Below are positions 1-8,177 of a stretch of DNA of 64,000 nucleotides, piece by piece. The stretch lies in NCBI GenBank assembly GCA_018819405.1, contig JAHJQF010000001.1:449377-513376 (forward strand), in the 5' to 3' direction. The notes under the pieces are model-generated. The model made no database searches. It was not told where the DNA came from and saw only the letters and a program-made list of their open reading frames with translations. Made by a program: the position numbers and the translations under genes. Origin of the DNA: Patescibacteria group bacterium. Its GTDB lineage: Bacteria; Patescibacteriota; Patescibacteriia; UBA1558; GWA2-36-10. How positions within the stretch are numbered: position 1 is the first letter of the stretch; each line of letters begins with the position of its first letter.

Positions 1-2
1 CT

Positions 3-650
3 GAAAAAACAGCAGAGACTATTGCTAAAGGAGAAATAGCTCAAGAGCAAAAAATAGCTTCTTCACCATCAGTAGAGGGTAAAAAAGAAACTAAGCCAGC
101 TTCGGGTTTTGATCTTATAAAAGAGCCTGATGTCAAAAAAGCTGAGCTAGTGGAAAAATCTGTAGAAGCAAAAAAAATTCAGGATATTCCAGTAAAATTG
201 GAAGAAAAACCAAAAATATCTCTGCCAAAAGTCTCAAGACCTATGGCTCAGTCAGCCCCTAGACAACAAATAACTGATGTACAAAAATCTTCAGAAAAAA
301 ACGACAGGCCAATAGGGAGTCATGTTTTGACAGGTCCAGTCAAAGAAATAGAGTCTTTTGACTTGGTAGCTTTTAGGAGACTAGGCACTACTACCCAAGA
401 TATAGTAACCAAAATACTAGATAAGATAAATTTATTGGAACAGGATTCTTATACCAAAAAGGCTCAGGGTATCAAAGCCTGGCGCAACAGTCCTTTGTAT
501 AAATTGTATCTAGATTTGGGAGCTCAAAGTATGAGCGAAGGAGAAGAAATATCCAGTTTGATTGAGAGGCTTAAAAAAGAGGGCAAAGAAACTCTAAGCA
601 CTGAAGAATTTTCTGCTATATCTGATTTAAATCGAAAAATGAGATTTTAA
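3..650 (+). CDS. hypothetical Lys/Glu-rich protein, 5'-partial (frame open to window start)
   Basis: Track ORF 150..650 starts at GTG, but the same frame has no stop back to nt 3; no recognisable motif. Confidence 0.4.
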   Translation, partial: EKTAETIAKGEIAQEQKIASSPSVEGKKETKPASGFDLIKEPDVKKAELVEKSVEAKKIQDIPVKLEEKPKISLPKVSRPMAQSAPRQQITDVQKSSEKNDRPIGSHVLTGPVKEIESFDLVAFRRLGTTTQDIVTKILDKINLLEQDSYTKKAQGIKAWRNSPLYKLYLDLGAQSMSEGEEISSLIERLKKEGKETLSTEEFSAISDLNRKMRF

Positions 651-735
651 AATAGGCAATTATAAATAAGCGGCCTAATAATAGATATAAGTAAATGTTT
701 TACAAAATTTTAATAAAAAATAAATTTTTAACTGG

Positions 736-1209
736 ATGCAGGATAGATTTATAGTGCCACAATTTATTGATGCCGAAGACAAAATCTGGGGGCCTATCAC
801 AGTCAGACAGTTTATTATAATCCTAGCCGGTGCTTTGCTGGAATTCATTGCTTATAAGTTGGCTGACTTTAGTTTATTTTTGTTTTTTACAGTAGTAAAT
901 GTAATTCTTGTTATATTATTTGCTTTTTATAAAGTCAATGGGGCTCCTTTTCATATTTTTGCTCTAAATGTAGTGTCCACCATGAAAAAACCGGCTGTCA
1001 GGATATGGAGAAAAGAATATATAAAAAGGCAAGAATTTAAGAGTAAAGAAGAGATAAAAGAACAAAAAAAAGCCAAAAACAATCAGATAGTCACTAAGAG
1101 TCTTGTACCAAATCGTAAGTTATCAGAGCTTTCTCTTATTATAGATACAGGTGGCGTCTATAAAGGTGAGAGGCAGTCAAATGATGAAAATAACGTAACT
1201 TATCGTTAA
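736..1209 (+). CDS. small membrane protein, PrgI/VirB3-like T4SS component (putative)
   Basis: About 157 aa with two hydrophobic helices (ILAGALLEFIAY..., LFFTVVNVILVILFAFY) and basic C-term; sits immediately upstream of the VirB4-like ATPase, as VirB3/PrgI does. Confidence 0.4.
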   Translation: MQDRFIVPQFIDAEDKIWGPITVRQFIIILAGALLEFIAYKLADFSLFLFFTVVNVILVILFAFYKVNGAPFHIFALNVVSTMKKPAVRIWRKEYIKRQEFKSKEEIKEQKKAKNNQIVTKSLVPNRKLSELSLIIDTGGVYKGERQSNDENNVTYR

Positions 1210-1263
1210 ATATAAATTAGCGAATTATTGTGTGTATGTTTAACAAAATAAATTTTTAAAGGG

Positions 1264-1944
1264 ATGAAAAATGAAAAGTTGGCTAGCTCAAGGCCAAAAA
1301 ATTCAACCCAGAAGTTTTTGGACATTGCTGAAATCAGAGATGATTTGGTGGTTTTAAATGATGGTAGTGTTAGGGGAGTACTACTGGTATCTTCTATAAA
1401 TTTTGACCTAAAATCTGAAGATGAACAAAAAGCCATTGTTGGTGGTTATATAAATTTTTTGAATTCTTTGGACTATCCTTTGCAGATTATTATTCAGTCA
1501 CGACCTTTAAATATTGATGATTATTTGGAGAGGTTAAAAAAGGTGGAAAGAGAGCAGACCAATGAGCTTTTGAGAATGCAGACAGCTGATTATCGGGGTT
1601 TTGTGGGCGAGCTTTTGACCTTGGAAAGAATCATGAGTAAAAAGTTTTATGTGATAGTGCCTTATAGCTCAGCCACAGACAAAAAAAGGAGCTTCTTTAG
1701 CCGATTGTCGGCCGTATTTTCTGCTGCCAAAGTGGTCAGTCTCAGTCGTAAACGTTTTGAAGAGTTTGCTGCTCAACTAAATAAACGTTGTGATTTTATT
1801 GGTGGCGGTTTATCTAGTATGGGGCTGCGCAGTCAAAGGCTCAGCACTCAGGCTCTTATTGAGCTTTATTATAATAGTTATAATCCCGATTTATTCCAAC
1901 GGGAAAAATTGGAAGATATAAATCAATTAATTGTTGAAAAATAA
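1264..1944 (+). CDS. VirB4/TraE-family N-terminal domain protein (split VirB4, N-part)
   Basis: Segment VLLVSSINFDLKSEDEQKAIVGGYINFLNSLDYPLQIIIQSRPLNIDDYL resembles the N-terminal region of Gram-positive conjugative VirB4 ATPases; stop overlaps next start (TAATG at 1942-1946). Confidence 0.5.
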   Translation: MKNEKLASSRPKNSTQKFLDIAEIRDDLVVLNDGSVRGVLLVSSINFDLKSEDEQKAIVGGYINFLNSLDYPLQIIIQSRPLNIDDYLERLKKVEREQTNELLRMQTADYRGFVGELLTLERIMSKKFYVIVPYSSATDKKRSFFSRLSAVFSAAKVVSLSRKRFEEFAAQLNKRCDFIGGGLSSMGLRSQRLSTQALIELYYNSYNPDLFQREKLEDINQLIVEK

Positions 1945-3848
1945 TGTTTGGCTTTAAATCAATCAAACAAGTTGAAAAAAACGCCGGCTCTGACAAAGTC
2001 GGGGAGTCTATGGTCAAACTCAAGCAATCTGAAAAAGAAAAGCTGACCAAAGAAAAAGAGCTCTTAGAAGCGGAAAAAGCTTTTAGGGAGGGCATAGTAT
2101 CTGTCCGAGATATTATTGCTCCAGCTTCTTTCAAAATCAGTAGCAATTTTTTGCAGCTCAATGATAGTTTGGTCAGGACCATGTTTGTAGTGACTTATCC
2201 GAGGTATGTTTCTATTGGTTGGTTTGCCCCGATTATCAATGAAAGTTTGACTTTGGATATTTCCATGTTTTTTTATCCTATGGATATCCAAATGGTTTTA
2301 AAACAACTCAAAAACAAAGTAGGTACCATGCAGGCTCAAATTATAGCTGATCATGAAAAAGGAGCTCCTCGTGATCCTATTTCTGAAACAGCTTTACAGG
2401 ATATTGAAGCTCTTCGTGATGGGCTGAGTCAAGGTATTGAAAAGTTTTTCCAGTTTGCTTTGTATGTGACAGTTTATGCCAAAGATAAAGAGGAGCTTGA
2501 TCTGGCTACTGATAGGATAGAAAATCTTTTGGGTATGCAGCTTATCTATTCCAAGCGGGCTTTATTTCAGGTAGAGCAGGGTTTTAATTCTACTTTACCG
2601 ATTGGTAACGATGAATTAGCGATTGCAACCAATATGAATAGCTCACCGATTGCCTCGTCTTTTCCTTTTGTTTCATCAGAGCTTACTTCAGATGAAGGTA
2701 TTTTATATGGTATCAATAGACATAATAATAGTTTGATATTATTTGACCGTTTTAGTCTGCAAAATGCCAATATGGTAGTGTTTGCTACATCCGGAGCGGG
2801 AAAGAGTTATGCCATTAAACTAGAAGTTTTGAGGTCAATGATGCTTGGTACAGATGTGATTATTATTGATCCTGAAAATGAGTATCAGCATTTGGCAGAG
2901 GCAGTAGGCGGTGCTTATATTAATGTATCTCTTAACTCTGAGAGTAAATTAAATCCTTTTGATTTGCCGCTAGGTATTGGTGGCGAGAGTAAGCCGGAAG
3001 ATATCTTAAGAAGCGCTGTCATTACCCTAAAAGGCTTGATCAGGCTTATGATTGGTGATGTTACAAATGTTGAAGATTCTCTTTTGGATAGAGCCTTGAT
3101 TGAAACTTATGCTAAAAAAGATATTTCTCCAGCCAGTGATTTGTCCAAAATAGAGCCACCTCTCATGTCTGATTTGGAGGAAGTACTTTTGAGTATGGAG
3201 GGTGGCGAGGATATGGCCTTAAGAATCAAAAAATATACTGAAGGCACTTTTTCGGGCTTATTTAATAGTCCGACCAATGTCAAAGTAGACAACCAGCTGA
3301 TAGTATTTTGTATTCGTGATTTGGAAGATGAGCTTAGACCAATAGCTATGTATACTATCATGACTTATATTTGGAATATTATCAGAAGCGAACTAAAACG
3401 TCGTATATTGGTAGTAGATGAAGCCTGGATTATGATGAGACATGAAGATAGTGCCAAATTTATGTACGCTTTGGTAAAACGTTGTAGAAAATATTATCTA
3501 GGAGTCACCACCATTACCCAGGACGTCAATGACTTTTTGACTAGTACCTATGGTAATGCGATTGTGACCAACTGTGCTCTCCAGCTTTTACTAAAGCAGA
3601 CACCAGCGGCTGTCAATCTCATCCAAAAGACTTTTATGTTGACCGAAGGTGAAAAATACCTTTTGCTGGAATCAGGTCTGGGAGAGGGGATTTTCTTTGC
3701 CGGTTCAAAGCACGCGGCTATAAAGGTACAGGCATCCTATGCCGAACATCAGATTATTACTTCAGATCCAAGACAGCTACTAGAAATAGAAGAGGCCAAA
3801 AAGGAATTTGAAGAGCAAATGCTTTTGGAAGCTGAGGGTAAGCTCTAG
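1944..3848 (+). CDS. VirB4-like type IV secretion ATPase (ATPase core)
   Basis: Walker A MVVFATSGAGKSYAI, Walker B ILVVDEAWIMM, overall VirB4/TrbE/CagE-like C-terminal organisation. Confidence 0.75.
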   Translation: MFGFKSIKQVEKNAGSDKVGESMVKLKQSEKEKLTKEKELLEAEKAFREGIVSVRDIIAPASFKISSNFLQLNDSLVRTMFVVTYPRYVSIGWFAPIINESLTLDISMFFYPMDIQMVLKQLKNKVGTMQAQIIADHEKGAPRDPISETALQDIEALRDGLSQGIEKFFQFALYVTVYAKDKEELDLATDRIENLLGMQLIYSKRALFQVEQGFNSTLPIGNDELAIATNMNSSPIASSFPFVSSELTSDEGILYGINRHNNSLILFDRFSLQNANMVVFATSGAGKSYAIKLEVLRSMMLGTDVIIIDPENEYQHLAEAVGGAYINVSLNSESKLNPFDLPLGIGGESKPEDILRSAVITLKGLIRLMIGDVTNVEDSLLDRALIETYAKKDISPASDLSKIEPPLMSDLEEVLLSMEGGEDMALRIKKYTEGTFSGLFNSPTNVKVDNQLIVFCIRDLEDELRPIAMYTIMTYIWNIIRSELKRRILVVDEAWIMMRHEDSAKFMYALVKRCRKYYLGVTTITQDVNDFLTSTYGNAIVTNCALQLLLKQTPAAVNLIQKTFMLTEGEKYLLLESGLGEGIFFAGSKHAAIKVQASYAEHQIITSDPRQLLEIEEAKKEFEEQMLLEAEGKL

Positions 3849-3950
3849 TTTATTTGTAATTTAATTTACCCTGTTAAATAAATTCAATTGCTAGATTCAT
3901 TATATAGCGGGGTATAAGTATAGAAATTCCAGGTAAAATTTTAAATAATA

Positions 3951-4008
3951 TAATTAATTGAATTTAAAATTTAAGATGACTTAAATTTTATTTAACAGGG
4001 TAAATACT
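3951..4008 (+). promoter_or_regulatory. conserved 5' leader element copy A (AT hairpin aaaatttaag-atga-cttaaatttt + tttatttaacagggtaaata, ATG 4 nt downstream)
   Basis: Perfect 10-bp inverted repeat 3966-3975/3980-3989 followed by TTTATTTAACAGGGTAAAT and start codon at 4009. Confidence 0.6.
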
Positions 4009-4569
4009 ATGGAAGAAAGTAAAAAGAAAAAAATAATTTGGGCAGTTGTCATTATTCTTATATTACTGATTGCTTTTTTATTCTGGATATTGAGAACTAG
4101 TGACCAAAAACCGCCAATTCAAAATACTAATGAAGAGCCGCCTATTATTTTTACTCCGCCTAGTGCCAATTTTACTTATCAGGAGCCGACAGTTCCCAAG
4201 CAGACAAATCTAGAGTTTGATGCTGCTAATTTGGCCAAGATTTATGCCGAACGTTTTGGTACTTGGTCAACTGACAATCCGGGACACAACTTGGAAGAGC
4301 TAATGCCGCTCAGTAGCAATACTATGAAAAATTATCTTAGCGGTATAAATACAGATATGTCAGCCGATCAATTTAGTGGTATTACTACCAAAGCAATTTC
4401 TTATGAAATATTGGATATAGATGATACTAGCGCTAATATTAGGGTCTCTTGTCAGAGGATAAAGACCGAGGCGGATTTATCAGAAAATGTTTTTTATCAA
4501 GATATTGAAATAAGTATGACTAGATCGGCTAATCAGTGGTTGGTCACCAGTGCTTTTTGGCAAGAATAA
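4009..4569 (+). CDS. hypothetical N-terminally membrane-anchored protein
   Basis: Single N-terminal TM (IIWAVVIILILLIAFLFWIL), Pro-rich linker, globular C-domain; preceded by conserved leader element. Confidence 0.5.
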   Translation: MEESKKKKIIWAVVIILILLIAFLFWILRTSDQKPPIQNTNEEPPIIFTPPSANFTYQEPTVPKQTNLEFDAANLAKIYAERFGTWSTDNPGHNLEELMPLSSNTMKNYLSGINTDMSADQFSGITTKAISYEILDIDDTSANIRVSCQRIKTEADLSENVFYQDIEISMTRSANQWLVTSAFWQE

Positions 4570-4584
4570 TAATATAAAATAAAA

Positions 4585-5076
4585 ATGGCGGAAGTTTTAG
4601 ATGCACCATACACACCCGAGCTTGATGAGGAGCTAGAAGAAAATATAGCTGGCTCAAATGTTGGTGCTCGCCAAGATATTACTAGGCGTCAATTTGAGCA
4701 AGCTAAAAAACAAGCTATAAAAAAATCAGAGCAGGTCGCTGAAAGACAGTTTGCAAGATTAGCTGCTAAGACAAGTACCAAAGTCATACTGCGTATTTTA
4801 AATGGCGCATTTGCCGTAACAGTGGTGGGTATAATAGTGACCTATCTTATAATGACATTCCAATTTATAGCTGGTAATTGGTTGGGCAATGAGTCTGTAA
4901 AATTAGATTCATGGGAAGTAATCATCTGGGGATTTTTAACTTTATTTTTGATAGTACTTTTGATTGGTATTTTCATATTATTTATAATTTTAATAGCTAT
5001 AGCACTTGAACCAGTGGCGGCAATATCTGCTTTAGGGTTGCAAGTATTTGAGACATTAAGAGGCATTATTCCTTAA
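4585..5076 (+). CDS. hypothetical polytopic membrane protein
   Basis: Three or four hydrophobic helices in C-terminal half; part of the T4SS-like gene string. Confidence 0.5.
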   Translation: MAEVLDAPYTPELDEELEENIAGSNVGARQDITRRQFEQAKKQAIKKSEQVAERQFARLAAKTSTKVILRILNGAFAVTVVGIIVTYLIMTFQFIAGNWLGNESVKLDSWEVIIWGFLTLFLIVLLIGIFILFIILIAIALEPVAAISALGLQVFETLRGIIP

Positions 5077-5087
5077 ATAAACCTTAT

Positions 5088-6320
5088 ATGAATATCAAAA
5101 AAATATTAATAGTAATAGGATTTTTCCTTTTTGTCTTGGGAATTGGCTTTGCTTTGTATTGGGTATTTTTTAGGACAGCGCCTAGTATACAGCAACCCAA
5201 TGACAATCAGGCTATAGGAAATTTACCTTTTATAGGCAATGGCAACTTGAATGTTGTAAATACCAATGGCAACACCAATGGCAACATCAATATTTTGCCT
5301 TGGCAGCCTTATGTCACTGATAAAGTTTCTGAAGTAGCCAATGGCGGTTTGACAGTGGTAAATAAAATAACAGAAGCTGAAGCAAGTGGGGTGTTTACCG
5401 GTCAAAATGGTGTACAATTTTATGACAGTAATAGTCAAAAATTTTATCGTTTGGATGAAAATGGAAACATGGTAGAGCTAAGCGACGAAAAGTTTTTTCA
5501 GGTAGACAATGTCACTTGGGATAGAAACGGGGGTAAAGCAATACTAGAGTATCCTGATGGTTCAAATATTTTGTACAATTTTACTAGCGGTCAGCAGATA
5601 ACTTTGCCAGCGGAAATGGAAAATTTTTCTTTTAATAGTAATGGTAATCAAATAGCCGCAAAATGGATAGGACCTACCGATGAAGACAATTGGCTGGTAG
5701 CGGCCAATGATGACGGCTCGGGCATGTTTTTGATAGAACCTTTGGGCGACCAAAGCTATGCCACTAGTGTGGGATTTTCACCTGATAATCAGGTAGCGGT
5801 GCTTCATACCAAATATGTTGATGCCGAGCGCCAGGAGGTCTATCCAATAGGTCTAAATGGAGAGAATTTTAAGTCTTTCAAGGTCAATGGAGCTGGTTTT
5901 AATTATGAATGGTCACCGGAAGGTAGCTCTATGCTTTATAGTGTTTATAATCAGGATACAAACTACAATCCAAACCTGTGGGTGACTAAAGGTAATACCA
6001 GTGAGCTTGGTGATATCAAAGTGTCCCTCAATATTGCCACTTGGCCAGACAAATGTACTTTTGTCGGAGAAAATGGTTTGTATTGTGCAGTACCACAGGG
6101 CTTGCCTAGAGGAGCTGGTTTTTATCCAGAAGTAGCTGATCGTTATCCTGACAATTTTTATTATATTGATTTGAATTCTGGTAGTAAGACACTGGTGGCT
6201 AGCCCAGTCGGTGATAGTGGTAGCTACAATGCCTATAATCTCGCCTTATCTCCTGACGGCAGTATTTTGTATTTTACAGACTCTAGCACAGGGGCTTTAC
6301 AAAGTATTAGAATTAGATAA
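5088..6320 (+). CDS. membrane-anchored beta-propeller (PD40/TolB-like repeat) protein
   Basis: N-terminal TM followed by repeated SPDG/SPEG/SPDN motifs typical of PD40 beta-propeller blades. Confidence 0.5.
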   Translation: MNIKKILIVIGFFLFVLGIGFALYWVFFRTAPSIQQPNDNQAIGNLPFIGNGNLNVVNTNGNTNGNINILPWQPYVTDKVSEVANGGLTVVNKITEAEASGVFTGQNGVQFYDSNSQKFYRLDENGNMVELSDEKFFQVDNVTWDRNGGKAILEYPDGSNILYNFTSGQQITLPAEMENFSFNSNGNQIAAKWIGPTDEDNWLVAANDDGSGMFLIEPLGDQSYATSVGFSPDNQVAVLHTKYVDAERQEVYPIGLNGENFKSFKVNGAGFNYEWSPEGSSMLYSVYNQDTNYNPNLWVTKGNTSELGDIKVSLNIATWPDKCTFVGENGLYCAVPQGLPRGAGFYPEVADRYPDNFYYIDLNSGSKTLVASPVGDSGSYNAYNLALSPDGSILYFTDSSTGALQSIRIR

Positions 6321-6337
6321 AATAAAATGGTAATAAT

Positions 6338-6397
6338 AACTAATTGAATTTAAAATTTAAGATGACTTAAATTTTATTTAATAGGATAAATAAAATC
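6338..6397 (+). promoter_or_regulatory. conserved 5' leader element copy B
   Basis: 41 nt identical to copy A (taattgaatttaaaatttaagatgacttaaattttatttaa), then taggataaataaaatc + ATG 6398. Confidence 0.6.
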
Positions 6398-7426
6398 ATG
6401 AAGGGTAAAATTTTTTTTAAACTAATACTAGTGGCTGTGCTCTTTTGGGCTATTTTTTCAGCAGCTGGAGTCTATGCGTTTCCCGAAGAATTACCGGAAC
6501 CAGATATATTTGGGGATAAAAAAGTTTGGTTTGTACCAAATGTTAGGATTCCTGGTACTGATTTTGATGGTCTGGTACCGGTAAAAGCCGACGGGGCATT
6601 AATAGGTCGTTATGTAGTAGCTATTTATACTTATGGGGCAGGATTTGCTGGAATTGTGGCTATGTTTATGCTGGTTTTGGCTGGTTGGAAGTGGCTGATG
6701 GCAGCTGGTAATTCCCAAAAAATAACTTCAGCCAAAGAAATGATAAATGGGGTTTTGGTTGGCTTGGCACTTTTGTTTGGTGGACAACTCTTACTTTCAC
6801 AGATAAGTAAAGATTTGGTAGTTTTCCAGGAACTTAGTTTACCAGCGATTACTTCTATCAAAGAGGATGCTGCTCAATGCCAAGACGGTTTTGCTAAAAG
6901 AGCAGAAGAAGGTATTTATAGTTATTGTGGTAGTAGTTTTGTAACTACTAGCGCAGTCTATACCGGTCGAGAGATAACCTGTATTGATACTAGGTGTCCG
7001 GAAGATCAAATATGTGTCAGCACAAAAGGTAAAGGGCTATGTCCAGATTCGGTACCATATATATCCTCTAATGTACAATGTGGTTGTGTATCAAGTCTTT
7101 GCAGTGATATGTATTTTGGTCCGAACGACTGGCCATTGGCTTGTGGTTATTACATAACTCCCGAATTTTGTGAACAAAATTATTGCTTTGGTCAAGCTAC
7201 AAAAGAGGATTCAGATCCTATGAGCGCTGTATGTATACTCAAAGATGATAACAAGTGCAAGCCCCTGAGTGAGCAAACTTGTGACACAACTGCAGATTGT
7301 ATACTAGCTAATAATCCTGATACTAGGGGGTGGTGCTGTGAGGACGTCCCGGGAATCTTGGGACGGGATAAATGTAGTCCAATAGGCGGTCCAGATGGTA
7401 TAGATTCTGAAAAATGTAAAAATTAA
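6398..7426 (+). CDS. VirB2/TrbC-like pilin domain fused to Cys-rich extracellular domain
   Basis: Signal peptide, then two-helix hydrophobic hairpin GAGFAGIVAMFMLVLAGWKWLMAAGNSQ...GVLVGLALLFGGQLLL typical of conjugative pilins; C-terminal ~200 aa has >20 Cys. Confidence 0.45.
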   Translation: MKGKIFFKLILVAVLFWAIFSAAGVYAFPEELPEPDIFGDKKVWFVPNVRIPGTDFDGLVPVKADGALIGRYVVAIYTYGAGFAGIVAMFMLVLAGWKWLMAAGNSQKITSAKEMINGVLVGLALLFGGQLLLSQISKDLVVFQELSLPAITSIKEDAAQCQDGFAKRAEEGIYSYCGSSFVTTSAVYTGREITCIDTRCPEDQICVSTKGKGLCPDSVPYISSNVQCGCVSSLCSDMYFGPNDWPLACGYYITPEFCEQNYCFGQATKEDSDPMSAVCILKDDNKCKPLSEQTCDTTADCILANNPDTRGWCCEDVPGILGRDKCSPIGGPDGIDSEKCKN

Positions 7427-7454
7427 ATTAGTCTAAGTGAGTTTTGTTTTTTAG

Positions 7455-7491
7455 AAACACAACCTTCGAGGTTAACCTCGAAGGTTGTTTG
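7455..7491. repeat. REP palindrome pair (acaaccttcgaggtt|aacctcgaaggttgt); also functions as hairpin terminator after 6398..7426
   Basis: 30-bp perfect palindrome; core AACCT-N3-AGGTT recurs at 7548, 7803, 8161, 23169. Confidence 0.7.
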
Positions 7492-7547
7492 ACAACTATA
7501 TTATTTTATATTAAGCTAAAATTGTTTTGAAGAAAAGCGATTTTATC

Positions 7548-7564
7548 CAACCTCGGAGGTTAGA
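7548..7564. repeat. REP unit (aacctcggaggtt)
   Basis: 13-nt palindrome variant of the REP core, 30 nt upstream of RAYT start. Confidence 0.6.
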
Positions 7565-7593
7565 TAAGGTCGTATTAACCTTATTTTTTATTT

Positions 7594-8175
7594 ATGCCTA
7601 ACAAACCGAGGGATATTTATCCAAATAATTATTATCATATTTATAATCGGGCGGTTGAGAAGAGGACGATATTTTATACAGAAAAGGATTACGAATATTT
7701 TATTGAAAAAGTCGCTTTTTATAGAGATAAAACAGGAATAAAAATTTTGGCTTATTGCGTATTGCCGAATCATTTTCATTTTTTACTTAAAGAGCCAAAA
7801 TCAACCTCGGAGGTTAAAATTACAGCAATTGCTAGATTTATTTCTCTTTTGTCTAACTCTTATACTAAATATTTTAATTTAAATAAAGAACATTCGGGCA
7901 GGGTATTTCAAGGGCCGTATAAATCAAAGCTAGTAGATGATGATGATTATTTAAATGTTTTGTTGTCTTATATAAATTTGAATCCTTTAAAGCATAAGAT
8001 GGTTACTAGAATTCAAGATTGGTATTATACCTCTCACCATAATTATATTGGTCAAGCAAAAAATAATCTTATTTACCATGATTACTTAGTTGATTTTAAA
8101 GAATATAAAAAAATAACAAATTCTTACAAAAAGGCATTTTCAAAAATAGATGATGAATTTAACCTCGAAGGTTAA
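7594..8175 (+). CDS. REP-associated tyrosine transposase (RAYT; IS200/IS605 Y1 HUH family)
   Basis: HuH motif LPNHFHFLL, catalytic Tyr region YINLNPLKH, size ~190 aa, flanked by and containing REP palindromes (7803-7815 inside CDS, 8161-8173 encodes C-terminal NLEG + stop). Confidence 0.7.
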   Translation: MPNKPRDIYPNNYYHIYNRAVEKRTIFYTEKDYEYFIEKVAFYRDKTGIKILAYCVLPNHFHFLLKEPKSTSEVKITAIARFISLLSNSYTKYFNLNKEHSGRVFQGPYKSKLVDDDDYLNVLLSYINLNPLKHKMVTRIQDWYYTSHHNYIGQAKNNLIYHDYLVDFKEYKKITNSYKKAFSKIDDEFNLEG

Positions 8176-8177
8176 AA

